DNA of 64,000 nucleotides from Oculina patagonica (Eukaryota): NCBI RefSeq assembly GCF_052425735.1, contig NC_135763.1, positions 310,001 to 374,000 of the forward strand, read 5' to 3'. Shown piece by piece: positions 53,442 to 64,000 of this stretch (position 1 is its first letter; each line of letters starts with the position of its first letter). The notes under the pieces were generated by a model. It saw only the letters and a program-made list of their open reading frames with translations, ran no database searches and was not told where the DNA came from. The position numbers and the translations under genes were made by a program.

Positions 53442-54620
53442 TGTCACGCAAAGACAGCTGGAAAGGAATATACCATGCTGGTAGGCTGCACCGCTAATTG
53501 TAGCTGTATTCGAGCTATATAAAAGACAGCTAGAAACGAATTAATACTAGTAACATCCCAATGGGAAAGAAACTTATTCAGTGGTGCACACCGTCGAAAA
53601 CAAAGAAATATTAAAGGAAGTTCTCATTCACCAGATTCACTGCATCAGATGCAACATTCGTCAGTTCGGGTTTAAATGCGTGGCGACCAGTTTGTTTACT
53701 AGTTATTAAAAAATAATACGGTCTTCATTTAATAAACAGTTCATCCTTAAATTTCAGCTTTTCTACGACTGACAGGTAGGTACTATAGTATAAGCCCCGC
53801 TAAAATAGCTGGAAAGGGAAAGTTTTTTGAAAAATGAATTTTTGACTGCCAGACGCGCTGGCGCCACATGTTTATTTTGTGAAGATTAATTAAACGCCGT
53901 GAAAAATAGAATTTGATGTCCAGCGAGCCACTGCATCTTCGGCTACGCAGTCCTCAGTGAATCCTCCAACTTCACAAATTTCTAAAACTTTAAGAAAACG
54001 AACTTTCGCAGAATCAAAAATTGGTCCTTATCGATCTTCCGACCTTGTTGTGAATACACTGAAATTCGACGAGTGTTCATGCGTGAAGGGATGACTGACG
54101 AATGATAATAATTATTTGTAAACTTTCGCTTTCAAAATGAACTTTGCGTTACGTTCAACGCCGTCTTTCTGTTGTTGTACGCCGGTGCGCGTGCGATTAT
54201 TTATAATTTCTGAATTTTGCATATTTAACTCAGGGTGACACAACAAGTTTGTTAAGAGTTAGTTGTTCCAGTGTTTAATTTGGGTGAAAGTGGTTAAAGA
54301 ACCACTGTCTTGTCACTAACTAGGGGTAGCTGACACTAAAAGTGCCCCCGCTCTTTTGATCTTAGCTGAATTGAATAGAATGGAAACTTGTTTGTGTTTA
54401 TTTTTTAGGGCTGTATGTGGGAAACTGTAGCTTGCGGTTTTGTGCATAGTTAGTAACTATGTTAAGTGTTACGAAGTTGAGTGGTTATCGCATCTTGGTA
54501 CTGGGTGAGGCATTGATGGGCAGTGAGAAGTTGAAGATATAGCTTATTTTGATTATTAAATATTTAATATTTCTCTTTTCATTTTAAAATACTAAACTGT
54601 GACAATTTTGTAACGTGACA
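53442..54620. mobile_element. Possible solo LTR
   Basis: Begins TGTCACG and ends CGTGACA, but no matching target site duplication was found. Confidence 0.3.
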
Positions 54621-55307
54621 GTCTAGTTTTTGAGCTTCTGCAAGGTAAGGCTTTTTGATTGGATTTTGTTGCCATCGAAATAGATTACAAAGCTTGCTAC
54701 TGTAGAGCAAGTTGGTTATGATTGCTGGATTGAAAGATTGCAAAATCTCAAAAACTTTCGTAAAAGTCTAAATACGAAAGTCGAAATTAACTTACAACGA
54801 ATTCTAAAATTCGCTAATTTGATTTGTTCGATGGTTTCCGCTCCCGAAAGTGCTAAAAACGTGTCGGCGTTTTGTCGTATTCGATTACATTAAAAAATTA
54901 TAGAGCATTTTTGAAGAAGGTCTAAAAAACATGCTTCGATCGTACAGAAAAGCCTCTCTACGCAAAATTTTTTATAAATAAAACAATTGCCGACGCGTTT
55001 TTGTTTTCGTTTTTACACATTTGCTGACCCACATGTTGAAGTAATTCCTCTTAAAAATTGAAGTCAAAATAGCGTTTAGAAAAATCTATTAGCCTGCGAA
55101 TACAGCCGCTTCTCATTCACGTCCCTCAACGAAGAATGAGAGGCGGCTGTATTCGCAGCTAAATAATCTATCGCTTCGCAAAGAAACACCGCTCACCAAT
55201 CACTGCTTGGTTTGTTTTTGTCCGGTCACCTCCTGGGGAAAATGTCCACGTGGAGCGCTCTTCGGAATGAGGGAGGGCTGTATTCGTAGGCTACGAATTT
55301 TTATTAA

Positions 55308-55660
55308 GGCTGGTTTCCATATGATCGCAGACGATCGCATCGGATCGCAGAGGATCGCAAAATCGCAGAAATTTACTGAACCGTGTGATCGTAACGATCG
55401 CAGAGCGACCTGTTTCCATATGATCGCAAAAGATGGTAGACGATCGCAGAAGTGTTGAATGATGGGAATAATTGTCGAAATTATGGGATAGTTTTCGATC
55501 GCAATCGATCGCAATTGTGTTTCCATATGATCGCAACGATCGCAGACGATCGCAGGCGATCGCAAACGATCGCAGATGCGTGTTTCCAAATGATCGCAGA
55601 TCGCAAAACCTATAATTCTGCGATCGTCTGCGATCGTTTGCGATCATATGGAAACCAGCC
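55308..55660. mobile_element. PIF/Harbinger-like MITE with GATCGC subrepeats
   Basis: TIR GGCTGGTTTCCATATGATCGCA ... TGCGATCATATGGAAACCAGCC; preceded by TAA. Confidence 0.8.
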
Positions 55661-56534
55661 TTTAGAAGTGCAGCGACCGAATACAAAGCCCTGACTAAAA
55701 GATCAAACGTCCTCAGCAAGTATCGCTTCAGATTTTCATTTCCGACCGACAAAAGCTTGAAAATTATATGCAAGTCTGCCGATGTCACGTAGGCCCTTCC
55801 GGTTGACACATTCTAATTAGCTTTTATAACACCTAGCTTTATACGTCATCATTACCCGATACTATTTGCAGGCAAAACCTATTGTGACGTCATCATTACC
55901 CGATACTAGCTTGCGCGCTCACTTCAACCAAGTCGAGATTTTTTCTGGCTTCTGACTATATGCACTGTATTTTCCCCTGTATTTCCTCTGTATTTTTCTT
56001 ATGTAACTACTTATACGTGGGGGACACTATAATGCCTCCTCGGGCTTTGGCCTCTGGGCCAAAGCCCTGCGGGGGCAATAAATATATCACATTGAGTTCT
56101 TATAAGGTCAATAGATTCTGTCTTTTTCGTTGTTGTTAAAACGCTACCATTGTGACAATGATTCCAAATACAACTAACGGTAACCAGTGAGATAACGCCA
56201 CTAAAAGAATCACATTGAGTTCATTGAGATTTTTTTATAATGTTAAGAGTTACTGTTTTTTATCAAAGAGACAATCATGTCAGACATTACGTTAACTTAC
56301 TAGTAATTAAATTATGTTTGCTGTCTTTGATTTCAACATAACATTGATCAGTAAAATTATCAGGATTGAATTAACACAAAGTGACTACAATATAGTGCAA
56401 TTATTAACCTGCACACAAGTGACAGACAATAAAAGACGTTGGATTTCAATCTCGACTCACTTGTCTTTCATCAACATGTTCCCTAAGACTTTGCTCTAGC
56501 AGCAAAACACATGGACCCATTGGGGCCCTATTTT

Positions 56535-59500
56535 TTAGCCTCCTGGGCAGACGAACGCGTGACGAACCCAAAGAGGGTCCGCACAGGAGACTAAAGTTTC
56601 TTGTGAGTTATGAATATTAACAGAAATGTGGAAGGAATGCCAGATTTGAGCCGCGTTCGTCACAAGTGAAGTGTCAGTCACAAACCCTGCAAACAAACAA
56701 GTTTGAAAGAAAACAAATCGCTAGTACTCAGAGGAAAACCGTCGTACAACTGTACTGTGTAGGGCCTGTTCACATTGGAGTTTATGCTGGTTTAAAATTG
56801 AAATTTTAAGGGAGTAGCTTAGTTTAAAATAGCTACCTTTAGGCGTTAATACTTTTCTGTGTTCCATATTCACTGGACTTGCTGGCTTTGGTGACTGTGT
56901 TGTGTTCAACTCTTCAACAGAGTTATAAACTTCTTCCTTCTTGTCCAGAATGTCCTGGGCTTCCTTTGCACTTATAATAAAAATAAAAATAAAAAAAACA
57001 TAAAGAGATTACAACAGCTAAATTTTTAGGGTACTGAATTTTATTTAGTTAAAATCGTAAAATTAAGTATTTTGTACCTCAGCTCACTCCATGACAACTG
57101 TTCAGCAAAACGGTTCTGAAACTAAAGAAAAAAAAAACCCAGTTAACTTCCAAAATTCTTTAATTTTAGGTTTTATATTAAGGCTTTTTAGCTCTATTAT
57201 TTATCCTTTATTTTTTCTTTTTAGCTTTATTATTCATCCTTAATTTATTAATTGTTTTTAGCTTTATTATTCATCCTTTAATAATCTTTGACGTTTCTCA
57301 AACCTCTTTGTTCTGTCTAGAAGGTGTAATACACTGCAGTTGATGGCTGGTGGTCTGGGTTGAGTGGAAGGCACTTTTCAAATAATGATGCTGTGACATA
57401 AAAGTTCCTCCCCTATGAGCCCAAAGAGTATCTGCGTTGCACTTACAATAATATAAATAATGCCCCTATCACTAAAAATCTCGATGATTTGGTAAGTGCA
57501 GAATGCAATATGGAACAATTGAAAGTATGTTGTTTTATATATGTTCGTGTTTATTTGCTTTATTTTACTTTCGGAAAAACTGTTCACAGGCTACTTGTAT
57601 TCTTTCCCAGGTGTTCCTTACGCTAATCTTTGCAAACGTAACACGACACTTTTGTTCGTTTGTAACAAAATACTTTTGTCTTCCTTGAAAATGCGATAAC
57701 ATGAAACTTTTGTTTTTTGTTTGTTTTACGGCGGCATCGATGACATTTGTTTAATTTAATTAAGTTACGGTTTAGACTGCACGAAAGACGATTCTCAAAA
57801 ACTAAAGAAACAAATCTAATCAAAAAACATATTTTTCGACAGGTTTTTTAAAACGCAGTACAGCTAGGATATTTGTTTCCTGGTTATCAGGTGTTCACGC
57901 CGAAAATCCCGGTGCAAGTTTTTGCATACCTAATTACGAAAGCGCCGTGAAAGTCTCAAAATCTAATTTAATTAATTTGCGGTTTTTACTTGGCGCCAAG
58001 AAGTCTGCAGGAAGCCTACCGCAAACACGCAATACAAGCGATGTTCATGATAGTTCCAGAAAACAACGTAGACTAATCTGCGCATGCGTTTGGTGTAAAT
58101 TACGTTGAGTAGTACCACAAGGAGAGCAAAGGGTTTTCTGAAACAAATATATACGTTTGAGATCTTCATATGAAAGTAACGTAGATGTGCTCCAGGTTTT
58201 ACCTAGGGGTACGGTCAGGTGCTCCCCACCCCCACCCCTCCACAAGGAATAATTAATTAATTGATATCAATTAATTAATTGGTGATTAAAAGTTTAAACC
58301 ATAGTGCTTTAGCGCCTGAGGGGTTTAGCAAACGACAACCCACCAAACCATCACAATAGTGCATTCTGCACTAAAAACAACAGCAATTATACTCACCAAC
58401 TCAATCAAATCAGCTTTTATATCTCTTGGAATCACTTTGTAATTCATCACCAGAACAATGTATCTCTTTTTCATGTCTGTTGAAGAAAATCATCAATTTT
58501 AAAAATGTTTAAAAAAAACCCCAGACCTTTGAAACATGTAAATAACAAGGATGGTCTAAGATCACAGGCACGCAATGAATACAGACGGATATGTACAGTA
58601 GCGATTAATAGTTCATTGTACACATTGTAGACCTTTGAGACATGGAAATAACTTGCATCATAGGCAAGTGATGCATGGTGGGGCTACATTTCTATAAATG
58701 TCTGCATGCATAATGGAATTCTGGGTCTACAATACTGGCTAATATGTTTCAGAAAAAATCCATACCTCCCCCATGAAAGGCTTGTTGGTTTGAACCTCCC
58801 CACCCCTCTGGAAATCCCAGTTTAGCTTCATACTTTTCTTTAAGAATTTTGGTTTTTGAGTACCTTCCCCCACCCCCTTGGATTTTCCAATGACCCTCTG
58901 TGGGGTGAGTATTTATATTTTCTGGAACCACACATAAACAACCACTGAAAGAATTTTCATTTAACTTTAGCTCCAATCAACTTTAGCTACATAATATATA
59001 TAACAATCAGACAACTACTTCATGTAAGCATTTAATTATTGCTAAGAGCAAGTGCATCACCAGGCATGAAGCAACAAATAAAAAATCTGCATGATAATAA
59101 TACATGATAGTGACTTATGTTTTAACCATACCTTGACTTTCAGGGTCCAGAAATTGTCCCCTCTCCTTACATTTCTCTCGAATGGCAGTCGCTCCAGCAG
59201 GAGTAGGTTTTACAACAAAAAGTAATGGTGCACCACTAAAATTTGTCTTTCAAAGTACAAAGCAGAAATGATAAAAACTTTTGTTAGATTCAAGGATGTA
59301 ATACACAGTCTGTGCTGAAGCAACAGCACTGAGCAGACAGGAAATAATCTTGAGATAGAAACATGGTTTTAAGTTTGAAACATGTAATGGATGACCCACA
59401 CCATGTTGTAATTCACTGACTAGCGGGACTACTGTAATCAGAACTGATGGTGGATGCAGGTCATCGCGAAAAAAATTAAAAAAAAAATTACATGTAAATG

Positions 59501-62189
59501 TAATATAGAACAGCCACCATGACCGATAAAAATGATTAGTGTTACCTTGCATTCCATTAAATCTTTACATGGAATTCTAAAATGGTGGGAAACAGTTTTG
59601 TCACCAATTCCTGAAATAAAAAAAAGTTATAATAGTTATAACAAAATAATAATTATAATAAAAATGAATAAAATAATTTATTATTTCCTTAAAGTTAAAC
59701 ATGATTTTTATGTTGTAAATCCTCACCCATTGTAAGTTATATATTATTTATTAAGTAGCACAATGTCTGGGTAAGATTGTACATTGCACTTATTTTTATT
59801 ATTTTTTATTTTTTGTTTGCAATCAGATGTTTTCCTTTTGTTTTTATCTGTGTTGTATCCATAAAAAAAAGTGCATTTATTTAAAAATATTATTTATTAT
59901 AGGATTATTAGTAGTAGTGTCTATGAAGAGCGGTCTGTTTTACAGTTTTTTAGCCTAACATTTAGCAATTATAACTGTTATTTAGTAGTGAATCTTTTTT
60001 GCATGGTATAACTAAATTACTAGGAGTTTATTACAAATGTTTATTGACAACCAGTATGACTAGGTATTTACAGCATCTGTTAAAGACTTGAGAAATGCAC
60101 ATCCAATAAACATTTTAGACAAAAATTAAAATAAAAGCAAAGAAAGTAATTTACATGATTATATTTACAGGGCCATGCTTTACCTTCATTAGTCTCCATT
60201 TCTATGAACATTTTCTCTGCATATATCTGTAAAAAAATATAATGATATAATTGTATACATGATACAAATTTGCAACTACCTACATTCCTTTAAAAGTACT
60301 GGTTTGGATAGTATGATTTGTACATGACTGTATGTTGAATGTAACATGCCTATCATATGAAATAATAATTTGTTTATCAACAGTTTTGTAAATCAAACTA
60401 ATGTAATATCAAGCCATGCATGTGTAAAAATGACTGAACCCAAGTCCCCTTTCAAGTCTTTTAACAAGTGTGCTGCTGATGCTAAGAATTTGTATGGAAC
60501 TTTATTACAAAAGAAGATAAGGCCTTAACAGTGTATATTATTTTACTCCTTCACCTTAACAGGAGCAGAGGCCTTTCCAATCAGTTCTCCAATTTGTATA
60601 GTGCTGACATGAAGAACTATGTAAATTGCTCTCTTCCTGTTTGATAAAGAAGTGGTCTTTGATATTTGCGGCTTCTGTTCATTTGCTTGTTTTTTCTGGC
60701 TTGCAACTGGCATCTCCCTTTTTGGCTCCTATCCAGGAAATACATATAAACAATAAGATACTCCGTCTTGTAAATAACGGGGTTGATCGAATGGAGGCAA
60801 AACTCAGGACCCAAAAAAATCCCTAAGTCTTCCGACATTACCCAAAAAAATCACTGGACCAAAAATAACCCCCCAAAAATTCCCTTGTCAAATTACCCCT
60901 AAATTGCCAGGAGCAGCAATAACCTAACACAAAGAACGCTTGTTTTTTTATTCATCATACCATAAAAACGCCAAGGCCGTGCCAAGGCACTTTAGTTTCT
61001 TTTTATCCTATCTAAATCAAGTCACCCAAAAAGATACTTGCCAAATTTTTCAACCCCAAAAAATCCTTCGATCATCCCTGTCATTTACAAGCCAGAGTAC
61101 CCCCCCCCCCCTGGGGGTAAACCTGAACCTCAACATGTACATATTTTGAAAGTAATGACTGATGATAGCAGAGCCACGTGTTTGTACAACATACATGTTT
61201 AGTTACATGTATTTTGCAAGTGCTGATTTCTCTAAGGTTCAAAAATTATGTGGACATGTACAGTTGTTAAGGTCAAAGCACTTGTACATTGTTATATCAT
61301 ATACAGTATACACATAGTGTATTCAGTTGTTGCCATATTTGTCTTTTTTACTACTTTTCTTGTGATTTGCCTGTGAGAAGATTTTGACAAGTTCTGAAGA
61401 TTTTACAGTGCTGCTACTCCACCTCAATGGATGCTACACTGAAGTACATAATTATTTCTAGTATAAAAGCTAGGTTACTCTCGATGGCATTTTATTAGTT
61501 TGCTCTACAATTTATTACCAACACATCAAGATGCCCCTTACAAGTGCTATTACATGTATGTGTAAAAAATTAGTAATTTTTCTTATCAACTTAATAGTTC
61601 TATTTAGTGTTACCTTTGGCTTAGCACCTGAAGTAACACTGCTACTTTCTCCTCCAGTGAGATATTTGTCTGTAAGACTCTTCTCTTCTGAGGCTCTTTG
61701 CTCAGATACAATATCTTCTCCAGCACAAGCAGATTCATCATAATTAACATCTTGATGGTCAATATCCATCGCTTCTTCTACATCTAATCCTTGATTAGGG
61801 TGACTAGTTGCTGATGAAAAAAGTGTTGCATTAAAGTTTGCAACACTAGAGTCTGATAGAAACTTGTTGGAATTAAGCTGCATGCCAGGATTAAGTAAAT
61901 TCTCAAGGCTGCCTCCAGTACTGTAGTGTCCCAGGGGGATTTTGTCTGGGCTGGCATTCTCAGGGGATAACTGGGTCCCTAGACCAGGGGTACTTTGCCA
62001 TGATAAACCACCCAAGCTACCATTGAAGTTGTGGTTTCCAGCATACGGTTTGGTGACACGATTTTTGCCATTTCTTGGAGAGCCTGAACTTTTTGATGAT
62101 CTTGCTCTGAGGTCATGATTACTGGAGCTACTGGCAGCTACAATTAATTTCTTTGCTCCCTCTGCTTTGTCATGAGCAAAGGGCTCCAT
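56535..62189 (-). CDS. Uncharacterised ~460-aa protein: disordered Ser-rich N-half plus a domain resembling the pre-catalytic (PH-like) region of SENP6/7
   Basis: Phase-consistent exons 62189-61614, 60728-60555, 60226-60184, 59610-59546, 59246-59132, 58476-58397, 57121-57078, 56970-56837, and a tentative last exon 56686-56535. Includes PLLFVVKPTPAGATAIREKC..FLDPESQDMKKRYIVLVM..WSELSAKEAQDIL. The exon chain is solid; the domain identity is from memory. Confidence 0.6.
60759..61115. mobile_element. Second copy of the MITE at 26314-26746
   Basis: Shared gatcgaatggaggcaaaactcaggaccc ... tccttcgatcatcc..gtcatttacaagcc.gagtacccc. Confidence 0.75.
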
Positions 62190-62639
62190 GGACAGACCCT
62201 GGAAAACCTTGAGTGTATTGGTCAGTTAATCAAACAAAGGTGTCCTGGTGAATAGAAAAAAGATAAAAATTAGTAATACATTGTAAAATGCAAATTTGGA
62301 AAACTCGGGGACTTAAAAACGTATAATGTTAGTTGGGGGATACTTCTTCAATATACATTGTGGTTCAATTATACCCTTGGTACAATTTGCATTTTCCCTT
62401 GTTTCATATTCATTATCATATAATTATTACCCATACACCAGAATGGAGGAAAATACCAAATTGTACAAAGGGCAAAATTAAACCACAGCATATTTAGATA
62501 CAAAGATTTTAAGACTAATAATATGCATGGAAAAAATGATGGATTAAATTTTTACAAGGTTAAGCTATAACAATATTTTTTTGCAATAATTATCGATTGA
62601 TCTATTGATTTATTGTTTGCTCTTTGATTCATGATCGTT

Positions 62640-62662
62640 AATAGACCATATTCGTATTCTGG

Positions 62663-62695
<33 letters not shown>

Positions 62696-62814
62696 AATGC
62701 AGGTAATCTTTTCAAATGCAAATGACATGAAACTCTTTTTAATGATATTCCCCTGTATCAGCCTCCATTGCGAGCTAGTTCCAATCCAATACCGTGAATA
62801 CGAATATAGTCTAT
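62640..62814. mobile_element. Palindromic MITE
   Basis: AATAGACCATATTCGTATTC ... GAATACGAATATAGTCTATT. Confidence 0.7.
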
Positions 62815-63682
62815 TACATAGTCTGCCAGCTCGCCGCTGCCCTGAACCATTGCCAGGTTAGTCCTCTAGTGGAAATTATGACTATTAAAGATTAAAGATT
62901 ATACAGCAAGTCTATTATAAAAGATAACTTTTACTTTACATGTATTTTCCTATTGTATTCTCAAATACCTGAACTACTCAAGGGAATTTATGTTTTTAGT
63001 ACGACGTAAAATCCTCTTCTAGAATAATATATACAGTTTTCACAAAAGTGTTGATAGTCTCTGACTGGAAACAAAGAGTAAAAAAACCACCATAAACACG
63101 AGTTTGATGTCGGGCAATATATGTCGACGTGTACACAAACATGAACTTGTTCAATGGACCCTAAAGAAGATACGGTTTACCGTTACGTTTGAATTCAGTT
63201 TTTACAGTAAACCAGCATCAACTGATAGAAAATTAACATACATCAAGCAAAGTTAACTGTGGATTCAAGACATACATTAAGATCGTAGACAGACGCAAAA
63301 AAGATCCTCCAAAATTTAAAAAGATAAAGAAAGGCAAAGGGTAGGTCACTGCGCACGTACCCATGGACAGAGAACTTACAGGGGACCTAACTACTCCCGT
63401 AACTTCACTTAACTACGTTTATAATATTAACTTACATGCTAAAGTACAAACCGACAGGGTTTGAGGTAAGTGTTTCCTTGAGAACATCGCATTTTGTTAT
63501 TATTTTGTGCTGACGGTCGCTGACGGTACACCAAATTTTCTTTGTTTACATCGCGAAGCTGCGCAGCTACTGTTCAGGACAAGGCGCATATAATTTTTAC
63601 GAAATCCGCCGACTATGGTGTTTTGGCACGCAGGCCTCAACATGGAAACGAGGTTGGCAACAGCGCGCTTTGCAATTTCAAA

Positions 63683-64000
63683 ATGGCGGGTAAATGAAGT
63701 AAGAAATTGTTCTTCCTTGACCCCGTATTAAACCGATTGTTCGGTTAATTTTTGGATGTATCCTGTGCTGTTGTAATGAGGTAGACGAAGAAAATGAATC
63801 GAGGCCTTTTATCAGGTATATAGTTCCTATCTAGGAAAAGCTACGTAAAAATGTTCTAATGATCTGCTCTGAATACGTGAAAGACGTTCATTGCGGATGT
63901 TGAAGATCGTAATGTGTTGGTTTTTCGATGTTTTCAGGCCTGGATAAAGCCGAAAAAAGTCCATACGCAGGATGGAATACCTTCGTTCACAGTTATTCAC
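63683..64000 (+). CDS. Probable 5' end of a gene running off the window (MAGLDKAEKSPYAGWNTFVHSYS...)
   Basis: AAAATGGCGG|GTAAAT micro first exon at 63683-63689; acceptor TTTTCAG at 63937 and an open frame to the window end; divergent from the minus-strand gene. Confidence 0.4.

Noticed and set aside
55200-55809. Overlapping Cys/Asp/Arg-rich ORFs and a CRISPR-like look
   Set aside because: Produced by GATCGC subrepeats of a TIR-bounded MITE; there is no repeat-spacer periodicity and no cas genes.
62966-63490. Upstream coding exons for the minus-strand gene
   Set aside because: Plausible splice sites, but stops occur in all three frames; more likely 5' UTR exons.

Overview
Intron-rich, AT-rich animal genomic DNA. 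The repeat families and gene styles suggest an anthozoan/stony coral; this is inference. Genes reconstructed by hand from GT-AG exons: NSUN4 (-) head-to-head with TFG (+); a 21-exon cytosolic-type tyrosyl-tRNA synthetase (YARS1, +) with an in-frame N-terminal extension resembling a mitochondrial presequence; an intronless tropomyosin-like gene (-); an SLC16/MCT transporter (-); two tandem coiled-coil + TKL-type kinases (-); a multi-exon gene with a SENP6/7-like middle domain but no visible protease domain (-); and the start of another gene at the right edge. Also present: a disabled helical pore-forming-toxin-like ORF, Penelope-like retroelements with hammerhead ribozymes, and many MITEs/Kolobok-like elements. 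The most striking observation is a 105-nt + oligo-U small RNA gene present twice, 21 kb apart (26.9-27.0 kb and 48.3-48.4 kb, minus strand, one mismatch). Both copies have position-conserved TATA/PSE/DSE-like Pol III promoter elements. The RNA is collinear with U6 snRNA (5' hairpin, AUACUAAA, GAGA box, AGC triad, ISL-like hairpin, U tail), but the segments that recognise the 5' splice site and pair with U2 are rewritten. It is neither canonical U6 nor U6atac, so it is a candidate variant spliceosomal catalytic RNA.
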